Origin: Ministeria vibrans ATCC 50519
Taxonomy: Eukaryota > Protista > Filasterea
Direction of reading: 5' to 3'
DNA: 52,932 nt
Assembly: GCA_943704425.1 (NCBI GenBank)
Contig: CALSCP010002104.1
Span: 1 to 52,932, forward strand
Within the stretch, counting starts at the first letter, position 1. Every line of letters starts with the position of its first letter. Positions 24,401-36,900 of the stretch are shown here, piece by piece. The translations under genes were made by a program, and so were the position numbers. The notes under the pieces are model-generated. The model did no database searches and had not been told where the DNA came from. It saw only the letters and a list, made by a program, of their open reading frames with translations.

Positions 24401-27400
24401 CGCTCCACTGTCACATGTAACACCAAGGGCAACTCAATCTTCTCTGCGGGCTCACCAGCAAACAGCGCCGCGTAGTGCGCTACACTGGTCACTAAAAGGA
24501 ACGCGTCGTGGACAGATATGTCGGCGCGCACAGCAGGCACGGTCATCAGACACAAGGGCACCGTCTGCTCCTCCGAGCTGCAGGCGGAGACTGTGGGACG
24601 TGACGCGGCAAGAGAGGATGCAGGCGCAGAGGCAGAGAGAGGTGTGGCAACAGCCGTTGAGCGCACCACAGTGCCTCGCCACTCCGTGACGGTGAGCCAG
24701 CGCACGGGAGACGCACTTTGGCGGTTACACTGCTTCTCGACAGACCACACGCCCGTTTCGAGTTGGAGATCAGGGAAGACGCGGGGCGCAATGACAATCG
24801 CAATGGGAGTGGTAGGAACAGAATCGTCGGCGCGCAGTGCTCGCATCATGGCTGACAATTTGGTGAAAGGCGCCACAAGAGGATCAAGATGAAAGGCCGT
24901 TGAGGAGGAGAGACGCACAAAGGGACTCTTGAAGAGAATTGACGTGTCGGGCGATGAGGGCACGGGCAGAGAAAAGGTCCATTCGCGCACGAGACAGTGT
25001 ACCTCGCCAAAGTCGGTGATGGCAGTGGGTACAGCTGCCAATGTCGATGGTGATGCCGCAACAACAACCGTGGTTGGAACTGGGACGCGCTCGGGGAGTG
25101 CATCCAGCCAGCGGAGGAGCAGTGGGTGAACAATGAGCGAGCCGGAGCCAATGCGAAGTGCGCGTGCGAGGGGAGTGCCAGTGAGATTGTCGTGGAAAAC
25201 GCCATAGGCAAGGGCGGAGTTGGTATGTTCGGCGCGAGAGAGAGCAGTGGCGTCGCGGCCGTCGTGAACAAATGTTGACCAGTCCAGTTCGCTTGCAAGC
25301 ACTTGTTCGTCTGTGTCGGGTCCACTCTGAGTGGCAGTGCCATCGCCACACTCAAAGATGACCACGCTTCTGTTGTGTGTGCCGCTGTGGTGGGCGGTCA
25401 CTGAGAAGCGACCAATCGACACGGAGGTATGGCGCAAATCGGCCGAGTGACGACGACGGAACTGTAGATTGTCCAGCACAAAGTCAAGTGAGAGGGGTTC
25501 TTCGTCTTCTTTGGGGATGTGGTCGTGACACTTGAGGGTGGTGGGCGTGGGCGCAACAAGAGCAAGGAGCGTCGCGCACTCGAGAGGGCCAATGCGTAGA
25601 CTGAGCGTTGGGCAGGATACTGAGCTGACGGCACCGCCACACGGGAGCATACTGGACGACCATTGAATCTCATGGTCAATGGGCTCCCGTAGCAAATCTG
25701 CCATGGGTGGCTCGTCGACGCGCTCAATGGTCGAGGAAAATGATGGGCTGCCACAGGCAAGCGAGACACGCATGGATGCCACGCGAATGCGCGAGGTGGA
25801 CACGGCGGCGCGCAAGAGCTCGCCGGTGGGTGTGAGCCCGTGCAGAGCGTCCGTGAACTGTCGCATGTTGGATGTCCATGCGAGTCGCCAATCGGCGCGA
25901 CGCAGGCGCAGAAGAGCTGCACGCCCAAGCAAGCGCAGTGTAAGACCACCGGCAATGATGCTGTGGCGCTGCTCGGGATTGAGTTGGAGGCCTGAGGACA
26001 CGAGCACAAAAGCACAGTCGCGGACGGAGAGACGCCAGCGAGTCGGGGCAATGGTACGCATCTCATGAGCGAGACGCACAAAGTAGTCTTGCATCGTGTC
26101 GAGGTCGGGAAGATCGTGGCGCAGACGCTGTTCGTTGACGGGCGGGCTGGCACGAGGACGCGGGTCAGGCTGGAAGAATCCAAAGAAGGCACGCACAGCA
26201 GCAATGTCGGCAACGCCCATGGCAGAGCCAAAGCAGAGCCGCAAGCGAGTGCCCGAGTCGGACGGTACGCTCGTCGCAGCGGAGGTAGGAGTGGTAGTGG
26301 AGCCGTTGGCATAGTACTCGGGAATCCAAACACCGTCGAGACAATCCGCATCTGAGTCGTCGCCGTCGGCACCCGTACCGGAGCGATAAGCAAGCCAGAC
26401 GGCCGGGAAGCGCGCAAGGCCGTCTAGCTCGGACCAGCTCATAAACTCACCGTGACGCGGAGGCAATGTGCGCTGTGCTGTGTCATCAACAGCTTGAGCA
26501 CCAACACTGTGCTCAGCGGAATTGTAGAAGAAAGAGCCGCGTGGCCAGGCGTGAGGTGGGTGTGCATAGAGTTCTTCATCGGAGTGCAGCGTAGCAGAGA
26601 GGGAGGTTGAGACAAGGCCGCACTGACCGCGCACTCCCGCTGCCCCACCACAGGGCCCGTCGCCCACCAGTGTTCGCGCACCCAACATAATCGACATGCC
26701 CCGTCCACGCCAATACTCAAGCTCACCTGTCATCGAAACAAACCGCAAGTCGACCAACGGCGCAAGATCCTCCGTGATCAAATGAAGGATGAGCTGGCGC
26801 GAGTACAGAGCAATCCAACACGACCAGGGTGCATCTTCAGCGGACGACGCTGCACCAGCGGCAGCCGTGGCAGTTCCACTGCCACTGCTACTACTCCCGA
26901 CCAGCCAGTCCATCCACGAACGTCCTTCCGCTGTCTCCTTCTTGGCCGTCTCTGTAGTAGATTTGCGAGAAGACGTCGCAGACTCACCCACTTCTCCGTC
27001 ACCCGTTTTACCCTCTTCTTCTTCTTCTTCTTTTTCTTCTTCTTCTTCTTTTTCTTCTTCTTCTTCTTTTTCTTCTTCCCCATCTTTGCTGACGACCTGT
27101 GTCTCACTTTTCGCCTCTTCTTCTTTCTCTCCTCCTTTCTTCTCGTTTGCCGTCGCCTTCTCTTCTCCTCCTTTCTCCTCTTCGGCCGTCTTTACCGTCT
27201 TCTCCTTCACCTTTTCCTTCTCGCCTATGCGCATTTTCGTAAAGGGTCTGTCTCCCGGATAGTGTAGAGCGTAGATGTCGCAGAAGCGCGAGTAGACGCG
27301 TCGAATGAAGACCCAATGAAGTGGCATGAGTGTGGCATGGACCGTTTCGAAGCGAGCGTCGACTGCAAATGCGTGAGTGTCGTGCGAACGGGCGCTGGTG

Positions 27401-28199
27401 CGGATGCGAAACTCAATGTCGCAGCGGGAAATGACGGGAGCGCTAAATTGCGTGCGTCGATCATTGCAGTCTGGATCGGTGATGTACAGGGCCCACGAGG
27501 TGATGGGTACGAGACGGCACATGGGAAAGAGCGGCGCGGAGGGGGGCGAGACGAAAGAGGCGCTCCAGGAGGTGTCGCCAGCACACGGCAGCACATTGAG
27601 TTCGTCCCAGGACATGGCGATGGTGACACCAGACACACGATCGCGCACGCGCACCATGGCATTCTTGACACGCAGCTGGGCGTTGTGGACGATGCGCTGG
27701 ACCAGGCTGCCGATGTACCCCGGCGACGACGACGACGCCGATGCGTTGTCAGAGGCGTTGTGGGCCTTGGCGGCTGTTGCGGCAGCCGACGCGGCAACGG
27801 CCACGCTGGCGGCGACCGCTTCGGCTGCGGTCGACATGGCATCCGCGCTGGTCTTTGGCGTCTCGTTCCACTCGAGAGTGCAGTCGAAGGAGTCGAGCGT
27901 GACAATCACAGGCGCTGTCAACAGTCGCGTCCATGGCACGCGAATCTGAAGCTCGTGCACGTGCACGTCGACCAGGTGCAGAAGCGGAATGGGCAACAGA
28001 CTGTTCAGTGCGTCGAGCTTCAGCTCAGGGTTGCGCAGGACCTGCAAAAGAGAGGAAACAACTTACGTTTTCGAAAAAAAAAAAAATTGAGAGTTCGTAC
28101 GAGATCACCATCCCACAGACTCATTTTGGCCAGGTCGACATTCTCGACATATGTCTTGACATAGCTTAATAGTACAGGTGAGACATATGACTCGAACAT
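18439..28199 (-). CDS. VPS13B: VPS13B/COH1-like bridge-like lipid transfer protein (about 3230 aa)
   Basis: Exon 1 28199-28101 MFESYVSPVLLSYVKTYVENVDLAKMSLWDGDL spliced to the 28041-18439 exon VLRNPELKLDAL..IRVPWTRL (Chorein-N); C-terminal LGRLGLLGRPA, GVLSGVAGLVETPVE, GLIGLFSRPAAG (VPS13-C/ATG2-C). Confidence 0.85.
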
Positions 28200-28469
28200 A
28201 AGTCAAAGAATTTTTTGTTTGAACTTTGTTTGAAACTTAGAAAATATTCGATTATTATTAATAATTTTTGAACTTTTTGAAGCAAAACTTGACTTTGCGA
28301 GTGACCAACCGATCTAACCCCAGTTTATATTAAATATAGTGATTCAGCTCACTCAGCTGTCGGCTGTGCGCACTTGGCTACACAGCGCTTCTCGGTACGT
28401 CAAAATAATATTGTATAAATTAATAATAAAATTAATGATTATTATTTATTTATTGTATCTTTGTCGCTG

Positions 28470-30253
28470 TTACTCTTTATGTAACACCAATACAGCGACT
28501 GTCGCTGCCTTCACCGCCACCACAAACGTCCCCTCCTCACTGCGCACCACTTGGTCCACTTTGCGCTCCCCCACCGGATCCCCATCCACAGACCCATCAA
28601 ACGTCTGTCCTGCATAGTGCAACCCATACTTGGCACTGATAGAGCTTGCCTCAAGGACCAGCACACTCCCCGTGTCGCCCACACGCACTCCCTCGGGTGT
28701 CGCCACTTCAACCTGCGTGTCATGCACACTCTCCTTGTTCACCACCACCACGCGCACCGTGTCGCCACTCATCACACTCCACACTCGCACATTCAGAGTG
28801 TTGTTGCTCACACTCACACTCAGCAACCGAGCTCCGTCACTAAAAACAAGAGTACGACCAATAAATTTTTCTTTCTCCTTTCGGCCGAGCGGTCATAATA
28901 GTTTTAGTGAATTATTACCCAATGACTTCCGTCACGAGCCACAGTGCGTAGTACAGCGGTCGCACATCGGGCGTCTGCACTTCACTGTGCGTGTCGTTGT
29001 ACGCCACTGCCGGATATGTGCCAGTGGGCCCTCCGTGGAAGTTGACCAGTGTCGTGTTGATCGTCGCCAGATTGAACAGACTACACAGTCAATAAATATC
29101 AGTCTCATCAGTGCGCCATTCTTCGTACTAATCAACCGCCCACAGAGCAGTCCCCATCACATCCGAAACTCCTGCATATCCCCCGCACGACACACTGTTG
29201 CTCTCTCCCACCACAAATAAGACGGGACTCTCTCCTCTCCAAGTGTCTGCACTCAAAGTGCGCATTTGCTGTGCCTGTCCCGCTGCTGACTTGTCCGAGA
29301 GCAGCTCGGCCAAAGTGGGGATATTGCCGTTGCAGTGCGACAGTGGATACCGATGGTATGACAGTGTGGACAGTTCATCACTGTACTTCTCAACGTATCC
29401 CTACAAGACGACCACAAAAAAGACATGATGCATCACATACTGTCTTCTGTTGTGTGTCGTTCTTGCTTAACGTACACTCAGTCCCGTATTGAAATCGAAC
29501 CGATTGCAACAGAACGTCGCTCCTTGCACCCGTTTCGCAGGCAGCTCGCCAGTTGATCGCAGCGCCGAAAGATAGCTTGCGAACTCGCGATCGTAGTCGG
29601 GATATCGGTAGGAGGGAGCGCGAATACCCTTCTCGTAGAAGATGTCGCACTCGTTGCCAATTTCAACGGCTGAGACAACGCCCGAGTCCCAACCAACCAC
29701 ACGACGCACCGCTAGAGCATGGTCGACTGCCCACGATGCATTGTGTCCGCGAAGGAAGTTGAGGTCCAGAGTGAACTTGGCGTTGGAGCGGCGCGAGAAG
29801 GCCGCGTACGCCTCAAGATCGCTGTCCGTGATCGTATACGTAATATTCGCTGGCTTTGGCGCACTCTTGTCGGCGTTGTAGTAGGAAAATTCAGCACTGT
29901 TGCCGCCCACGCGGATGGAAACGGCTTTACCGAGTCGTTGGACGAGATTGGAGAAGCTAAAAGAAAGGACAATGCACAAAAGGTAAACAAACCAAATGTG
30001 TTGTGTTTGAGTCGTACCTGAGCTTAGGCGCAAAAGTAGGAAGCGCAATCATCTTCAGCGTAGACCCAACTTCAATGCTAAACCCAATGTAGTTCTCGGG
30101 CATTGGCTGAACCCCCGACATTTCGTGTCCAACCTTAAAAACGAAATTTTACCATTTTTGATTTGTCATTGACATATTACAAAAACTAACCTTGACTTGG
30201 AGCGTCGCATACGCCACCGACAGAGTCGCAACAAAGATTAAAAGTCTATTCAT
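28470..30253 (-). CDS. Secreted glycoside hydrolase family 79 (beta-glucuronidase/heparanase-like), multi-exon
   Basis: Signal peptide MNRLLIFVATLSVAYA; YIGFSIE; IRVGGNSAE; acid/base EIGNECD; nucleophile VGESNSVSCGG..GVSDVMGTALWAVD; C-terminal YAGQTFD. Confidence 0.9.
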
Positions 30254-30415
30254 ATCATCAAAAAAATGAAAACAAACTCTCCCGAATAGATATAGATATT
30301 GTCCTTTCAACAGACACTCGTAAGTCATGTCACGCTCCCTTCTTATTTCGGTGTGTTTTGTGTAAAATATGCTGATGCAGAAGCAATCAGTGCTTGTGTT
30401 GCATGCTATTATGTA

Positions 30416-31358
30416 TTACAAGAGGCGACAGCACGTTTTGCGGTGGAACTTTGGGTCGGAACTGCCACTGTTATCGTTCCACTCCAGTCCCACAATCACA
30501 TAGCCGACGGGACAGTCAACGCCGCTCTGAGCGAACACATAGAGACAGTCCAATTGCTGTTTGGCGGTCAGTGTGGTGTTCACTTGTGCCTCCAGATTGA
30601 CAATGGAAGTCTGTTGGGTTTGCGACTCGTCAACCAGCGATGCTGTTTGTCCCGCAAGCGTAGTGATGAGTGTCTGGAGTGCCCCGATGGTCGTTTGCTG
30701 CTGCTCCACCAGCGCGACAAGTCGATCAATTTGCGCCGTTTGGTTCGCTATGGACTCGCGCAGCTCTGCCACTTCCAACGACGTCGCTGCACCCGCTCCA
30801 TCGTGTGTTGTCCCGTACAACGACCCTGTGACGACACTTGACGAGGCGATGCGGCAGCAGTAGGATGTCTGACTTGCGTCTTGAGCAGTAGAGACCTGAA
30901 AGAACACAACACATAAACAAAACATTCATTCCTCGCTCTCTCGTACCAGTTCATATCCGCCAGTACACGTTCCTCCAGTCGACGTGATGCACTCCAGCCG
31001 TGGGCTAGGCGCTGTCATATCCACGTTTATGCGCACCGAAATGTTTTTCAAAATATCGGCATAACGGGAAGCAACATCGGCACTAGATTGCGAAAACGAG
31101 ACGCCACGAGGGCAATTCAGACAAACAGCGGGTGGCACATGGGTGTTGGTAGATGGGAGTGTGCACCCAGCCAAGAGGCGCGGTGAAGGGAGGTCAGTAC
31201 CATCCGATCAGATCGCCAAAGCCTTCAACGCGAACAGTGCCATTCGAGCCGGGAACAAGCACAATATCGCCGCCGTCGTTGCGGATGTCTACATCCTGCT
31301 CGCTTCGCGCCAATGCGACAAGACACGCCGAAAATATGAGAGTGAGGAGTGAGATCAT
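30416..31358 (-). CDS. Secreted protein (about 257 aa) with two 4-Cys modules flanking a coiled coil
   Basis: Exons 31358-31201, 31082-30947, 30895-30416 splice in frame; signal peptide MISLLTLIFSACLVALARS; repeats LEC..C.GGY.LV..CCR and LDC..CPVGY.IVG..CCR; heptad region LRESIANQTAQIDRL..LEAQV. Confidence 0.75.
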
Positions 31359-31471
31359 ACGAAATTGTATAAAATTGATTGAGATTTATTTGAGTCATTT
31401 GAGTATTGAATTTATTTTCAGTTCTCTTTTTTTCTCCTTCTTCTTCTTTGTCACTCTCCTGTCTCTCAAAC

Positions 31472-33647
31472 ATGTCGAAGACCATCAAGATTGTTTCCGG
31501 AAAGGAAATGCCCACGGTTGGCCTTGGGTGCGGACCAGAGACAACAATGGATTGAGTCTGGTTTGTGATCATCTCCTCTCTCGCTCGCTCTTTTGCAGCA
31601 CCTGGAAGTCCAAAGGCGGCGTCGTGGGTGGTGCTGTCAAGGCTGCCGTTGCCGCTGGCTACACGTACGCTTTTTTTTTTTGAATGGTTTTTTGTCTCTA
31701 TTGTTTTTCGCTTTCGTCCAATTTTCCGTCTCGCGTCCCTGCGGCCCGTGCGCGCGTGGCTTTGTCCACAATGAACACATGCGTACTTGCACACCGTGTC
31801 TCTCCGCACAGCCGTGTCTCTAGCGGCCTATTTTGGGAGGATGGCATGATCGCGCGTCGTTTGACATCGACCGTCTATTCTCGACCTCCTACCCCTCCCC
31901 ACGCCTGGGAAGACCATCCTGCATCCTCTGTGCTTGATGCAGCACCACGCCTTCCGCGCAACGTCGGTCGAGCGACCTCCTAAACAAGATTATTTTTTAT
32001 TCGCGTGATCGAAATGTGTGTGTGTCATCCACTGGTCTCACAACCCACAAACGAATAGCATTTATTCCGTGGTCGTCGTGACTGGTTGGCTTTGTGCTGT
32101 TGGGTGCTGTTGGTTGAGCATTACGACCGGGGAGGGGGGGGGGGGGGGCANNNNNNNNNNGAGTGCGATTGAGCGAGTGATTGCCGGTCTGGAGAAGAAG
32201 ACAAAGCTGATGAAGTGGAAATTTGAACTCGTCTTTGGTCTTACGTGTAGACACATTGACTGTGCGTCCAACTACCTCAACGAAGACGAGGTCGGTGATG
32301 CGCTCTCCGAGATCTTTGCCGAGGGAAAAGTCAAGCGTGAAGACCTCTTCATCACAAGTACAGAACGAAGAATCAGAAATAAAACATCTAAAACGTTGTT
32401 TTTCACATAGGCAAACTGAACAACCCTTACCATCACAAGGAACACGTCCGCCCGCATCTGGAGAAGACGCTCAAGGACCTCAACCTGGAGTACTTGGACT
32501 TGTGGCTCATGCACTGGCCCGTTGCCTTTGTGTACACCCCCTACGATCCCAACCGCGTAAACTGCGTTTATGTCTGGATGTGTGCAGTGCATGTGTACTA
32601 ATTTGTGTATACTAGCGTGGATTTGATGCGTCGTATGACCCCGATGGGTTGAAGAACGTGGACCTCTCGGCTAACGGAGGGTCCAAGATTGACATGACGG
32701 TGTCCATCCGCGAGACGTGGGAGGCTATGCAGGTGCACTATTGTCGATGCAAACAATGAGACACTCACTCACTCACTGTCGTGTTTCATCTGTGTGTTTG
32801 GGTGGTGCATGGTAGGAATGTGTGGATGCGGGTCTGGTGAAGAACATTGGAGTCAGCAACTTTGGGGCAGGACTCATTCATGATATGCTGACGTATGCAC
32901 GAATCAAACCCGCAGTGAACCAGGTCAGACAAAGAGAATAGAGAGGAAGGGGAGAGTGTGCGTGACGGACTTGACTGGCAAGCAAGAGAGTCGGTGACTG
33001 GTCCTCGTTTGTGAGTGTGTTGAAGTGTACTGACCAGTGTGTGAGTGTGCTTTTTGACGACTGCTAGGTTGAGATGCACCCCTACTGCGCTCAGCCTGCC
33101 CTGGTTGCGTTCTGTGCGCGTCATGGCATTACTATCACAGCATACTCTCCACTGGGCACCGGTGACTTCAAGGGCCCCAACGACCCCACTCTGCTTGAGG
33201 ACAAGACGCTCATTGACATTGCCGCACGTCACTCCAAGTCGGTAATGACATTCCTCTTCGTCTTTGTCTTGCGTTTATAACTAATAACTGTATTATTGTT
33301 GTAGGTTGCGCAAGTGTGCATTCGTTGGGCTGTGCAGCGAGGCACTGTGGTCATCCCCAAGGTAGATTTCACGCATTATTGATACCCACATCTCAATGTG
33401 TCTTCCTCACCCTCACTCTCCTTCTCCTACCCTGTTCTTTCTCCTCCTTGCTTGCTTTTTATTTTCTGACTCTTCTCTTTCAAACTCTCATGAACAGAGC
33501 GTGACTCCTTCGCGCATTGCGGAGAACATTTCCGTCTACGACTTCACCCTGACGGATGACGACATGGCCGCTATCAATGCCCTCGACCGCAACTTCCACT
33601 TCCTCCGCCCCAACGACTGGTACCAGATTCCCCTCTTCACTGCCTAA
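31472..33647 (+). CDS. Aldo-keto reductase (aldose/xylose reductase-like), multi-exon
   Basis: MPTVGLG|TW; [11 protein letters not shown]; [10 protein letters not shown]; [12 protein letters not shown]; IGVSNF; NQVEMHPY; AYSPLG; [14 protein letters not shown]; catalytic D, Y, K and H present. Confidence 0.95.
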
Positions 33648-33954
33648 GCCAATGCACACAAAAGAATAATTAAAGATGAAAAACGATCATGAAACCAAAA
33701 TGCTATATCTCAGAAACATCTCACCCCAACATTAAACGACCGGGAAGAGTAAAGCTATCAAGATATGTCATATGTGTGCTCTCTTTATGGTCGCAGGCGA
33801 CACTGAGTGTTAAGAGGAAGTCTATATAAACGAGTGTTTGTGATCTTAGTATTTAACTATTGCTTGTGTTGTCGCTTTTCGTTTGTGTTTGATAATAAAT
33901 TGAAAATGCCTTCTTCTTCTTCAATTTAATTATATTTTATTGTTTGCCTGCACC

Positions 33955-36900
33955 ATGTTAATGCTGCCCTTTATCGCGCTGATGGCTTCGTTAAGGACGG
34001 GCGCGACTGAGACCCAGCAACCGGAGCACAATGTGTTTCTGACTCGCCCGCAAACTCCGCTCTCTCCTCCGCCTATGGCGTTTGCCGCTGCCGGCGTCAT
34101 TGGCGACGACCTGATCATCTTTGGCGGCTGCACAGATCCTACCTGCCTCGCGATATCACGCGATACATGGGCGCTTAATCTGCGGACTGAGTCGTGGCGG
34201 CGTTTGGCGTCCTCCCTTGCTTCCTCCGTCTCCACTGCTGGCCAAGGCCAAATGGGCCAGGCCGCCGTGGTCAACAACACGGTAGGTACTTCTGTAATCA
34301 ATACTAAGACAAAGGACCATCATTCGTTTGTTTGCGCGTAGATGTACATTTTCGGCGGACTCCAATCGGGGGTCAATACCGCTTCGACGAATTTGTTTGC
34401 GCTCAACTTTGTGCCGGGTGCCACCACTGCGTCCTGGTCACGCGTAGGATCTAATCTATTGCTTAATGTGCTGGAAAATCACCCGAAAGAGCGTTATTTA
34501 TCATCCTTAGCAGCCTACGGCGACGATGGTCTCATAGTCTTTGGGGGATACTCTCTGGAAGTGCCTCCTGGACCCGCACGTCCCGTCACCTACCTATTCA
34601 ATATCACCACGAGCAAATGGAAAGTACTTGCTTCTGCGCGCGATGAGCACCCGCAACCGCGTGTTGGCCAGACGCTCACACCCATTCCAGGCACGAACAC
34701 CATGTTGCTTCAAGGCGGTACCAACCCGACACACTTTTGCAGTTATACTGCATACTTTCCACCATGGGTGACCCCCACTGCTCCTACCCTCAACGATTCT
34801 TGGCTCTTGACCATTGATGAGAATGCTGTGTCTGCCAGCTGGACACCATTGGTGGGCACACACGCGCCACCAAGCGCTTTTGGTGCCGCAGCCCCATTTT
34901 CATTCCCAGACGCCTCTGGCGTATACTTGCTACCTGGTCTTGATCGCACCGGCGCATGTGCTCAGTATGAGTGTCCCACCGCATTCACAAATGCTTCAAG
35001 CGGCACATTTAGCTACAGGCAGGTCACGAGCAACGACGGACGACTGCCCGCCATGGTGGGCCCGGCCGTCGCTGCCTCCGACACCGCCATCTACATCTTT
35101 GGTGGTCTCACCCAAAACGGCTCTCCTGCTTTGTCACAGAGTCTTTCAAAGGTATCGCTGCCCGACTTTACATTTCGCAGTGTCGTTCTTCCTACGTCAA
35201 TATCAGGTCGAATGAATCCGCTCGTGTTCAACTTTGGCGAGCGAACCTTTGTCGGGTTTGGAAGCGACAGTCAAGGTGGTGTCCTCAACGACATGTGGTG
35301 CTTGCAAGCGCAACATCCCACTTTCACCAACAATCAAAACAGCGAAACGGTGGTTGTTGAGCGCATCCACTACGCACCACAGCTATACCAATGGCCCTCT
35401 GCTCGTGTATTTGCCTGTGTCATGACGTTCGGTGATGAAACCGCCGTTGCATTTGGAGGGCATGTCCCGACGACAAACTTGACGACACCTCGTCTGCTTC
35501 AGGACACGTGGCGCTTCCAAGGCGACACATTGCAATGGCAGCAGTTGAACCACTCGCGTGAGGTGCCACCAGCACGCGCATTCTGTGCCACTGCGACTCT
35601 TGGCACGCAGGGTTTCCTCTACGGCGGACTGGTCCTGTCTCTCGTTGCCACCGGACCCCAACACGTTGTGAAAGCACTTCCGTTTGTCACAGTTGATCTC
35701 ACGGTAGACACAGACTTGTGGCTGTGGAACAACACAAGTGGTGACTGGACCACTCGTGTGCCACCCACTCACCACGAGTGGGGTGTCTGGCCGGAGCCTC
35801 TTGTGCGCCACTCTGTCCTGCTCACCAACTGGTATTCGATGTTGAGTAACTTGACACTGGGTGCGCGCATCACAACGCACGACGGCCAACCACTATTTAT
35901 TGTGACTGTGCCAATTGATCTTCCCTCAGACACTTTTGATGCTGGCTATAAGTGGTGGGCGCTCCAACTCGACACACTCCACTGGTCCTTTGTGACGACC
36001 AGTCTCCGTTCATCTGCCACTTCATGGGCTCTCACATACAATAACCTGCCTGTGTCGCAAGTGGGTGCCATCACCCTTGTTTCAACGCTGGGCACACTTC
36101 AGTCGTTCGGCAGCAAAGTGATCTTTCTCTTTGTCGGTCAAGATCGCTACGTCTACCAGTACATCGTTCTTGTTCAACCACCACCTGTCCATCTACCGTG
36201 CACTCAACAGCCGTGTATCACTTTTTTTGGAAACCTGACGGTTAATATCTTCAAACTTCATAGTCCCCCCAACATATATCTGTCCTCCATTGGAGTTGTC
36301 ACACATGTGTACTCTGACGGTTCACTCTCATTGTTTGGCGGAAGCTACGCACACTATACCCGCATTGCACCGCCCGACATTTCATCTGGGCTCTGCTCCA
36401 ATGCGACCATTGACACGACGCTGTACAACCAACCTTCATACACTCAAGAGTACCCTGCGCTCTCGATGACACTTGAGAGCAGCGGATGTCCCTTCGGCTC
36501 GTATGCTTCCAATTTTCTGTTCAATTCGTGTCTTGCCTGTCCACAAGGCACCTTCTCCAATGTGACGGGCGCCACTGTATGCTATGCGTGTCCTGGCGTG
36601 ACCACGACACCCACACTGGGTGCAACGCAGCAGAGTGACTGTCAGCTCTGCCCAGACTCCGTGTGTCACAACAACGGGCGCTGTGTGCTGGACTATGTCG
36701 ATGGCGATCATGTGCCCGTGTGTAGCTGTGCGACGCTGTACACGGCTGCCGACAAGTGCCGTCAGCCGTGGATTCTCTATGGCGGCCTTACGGTGCTGGC
36801 CGTGCTGGGGTTGCTCGTGGCTCTTCTGCTGCGAGTCAATGTGCTCGCCCGGCGACGACGCGCGCATCAGCGCAGTGAGGCGGCGCAAAAGGAAGCGCTC

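Noticed and set aside
18578-28164. Many long plus-strand ORFs opposite VPS13B (also 47476-49197 and 50429-51604 opposite other genes)
   Set aside because: Antisense shadows of GC-rich coding sequence with no recognisable motifs
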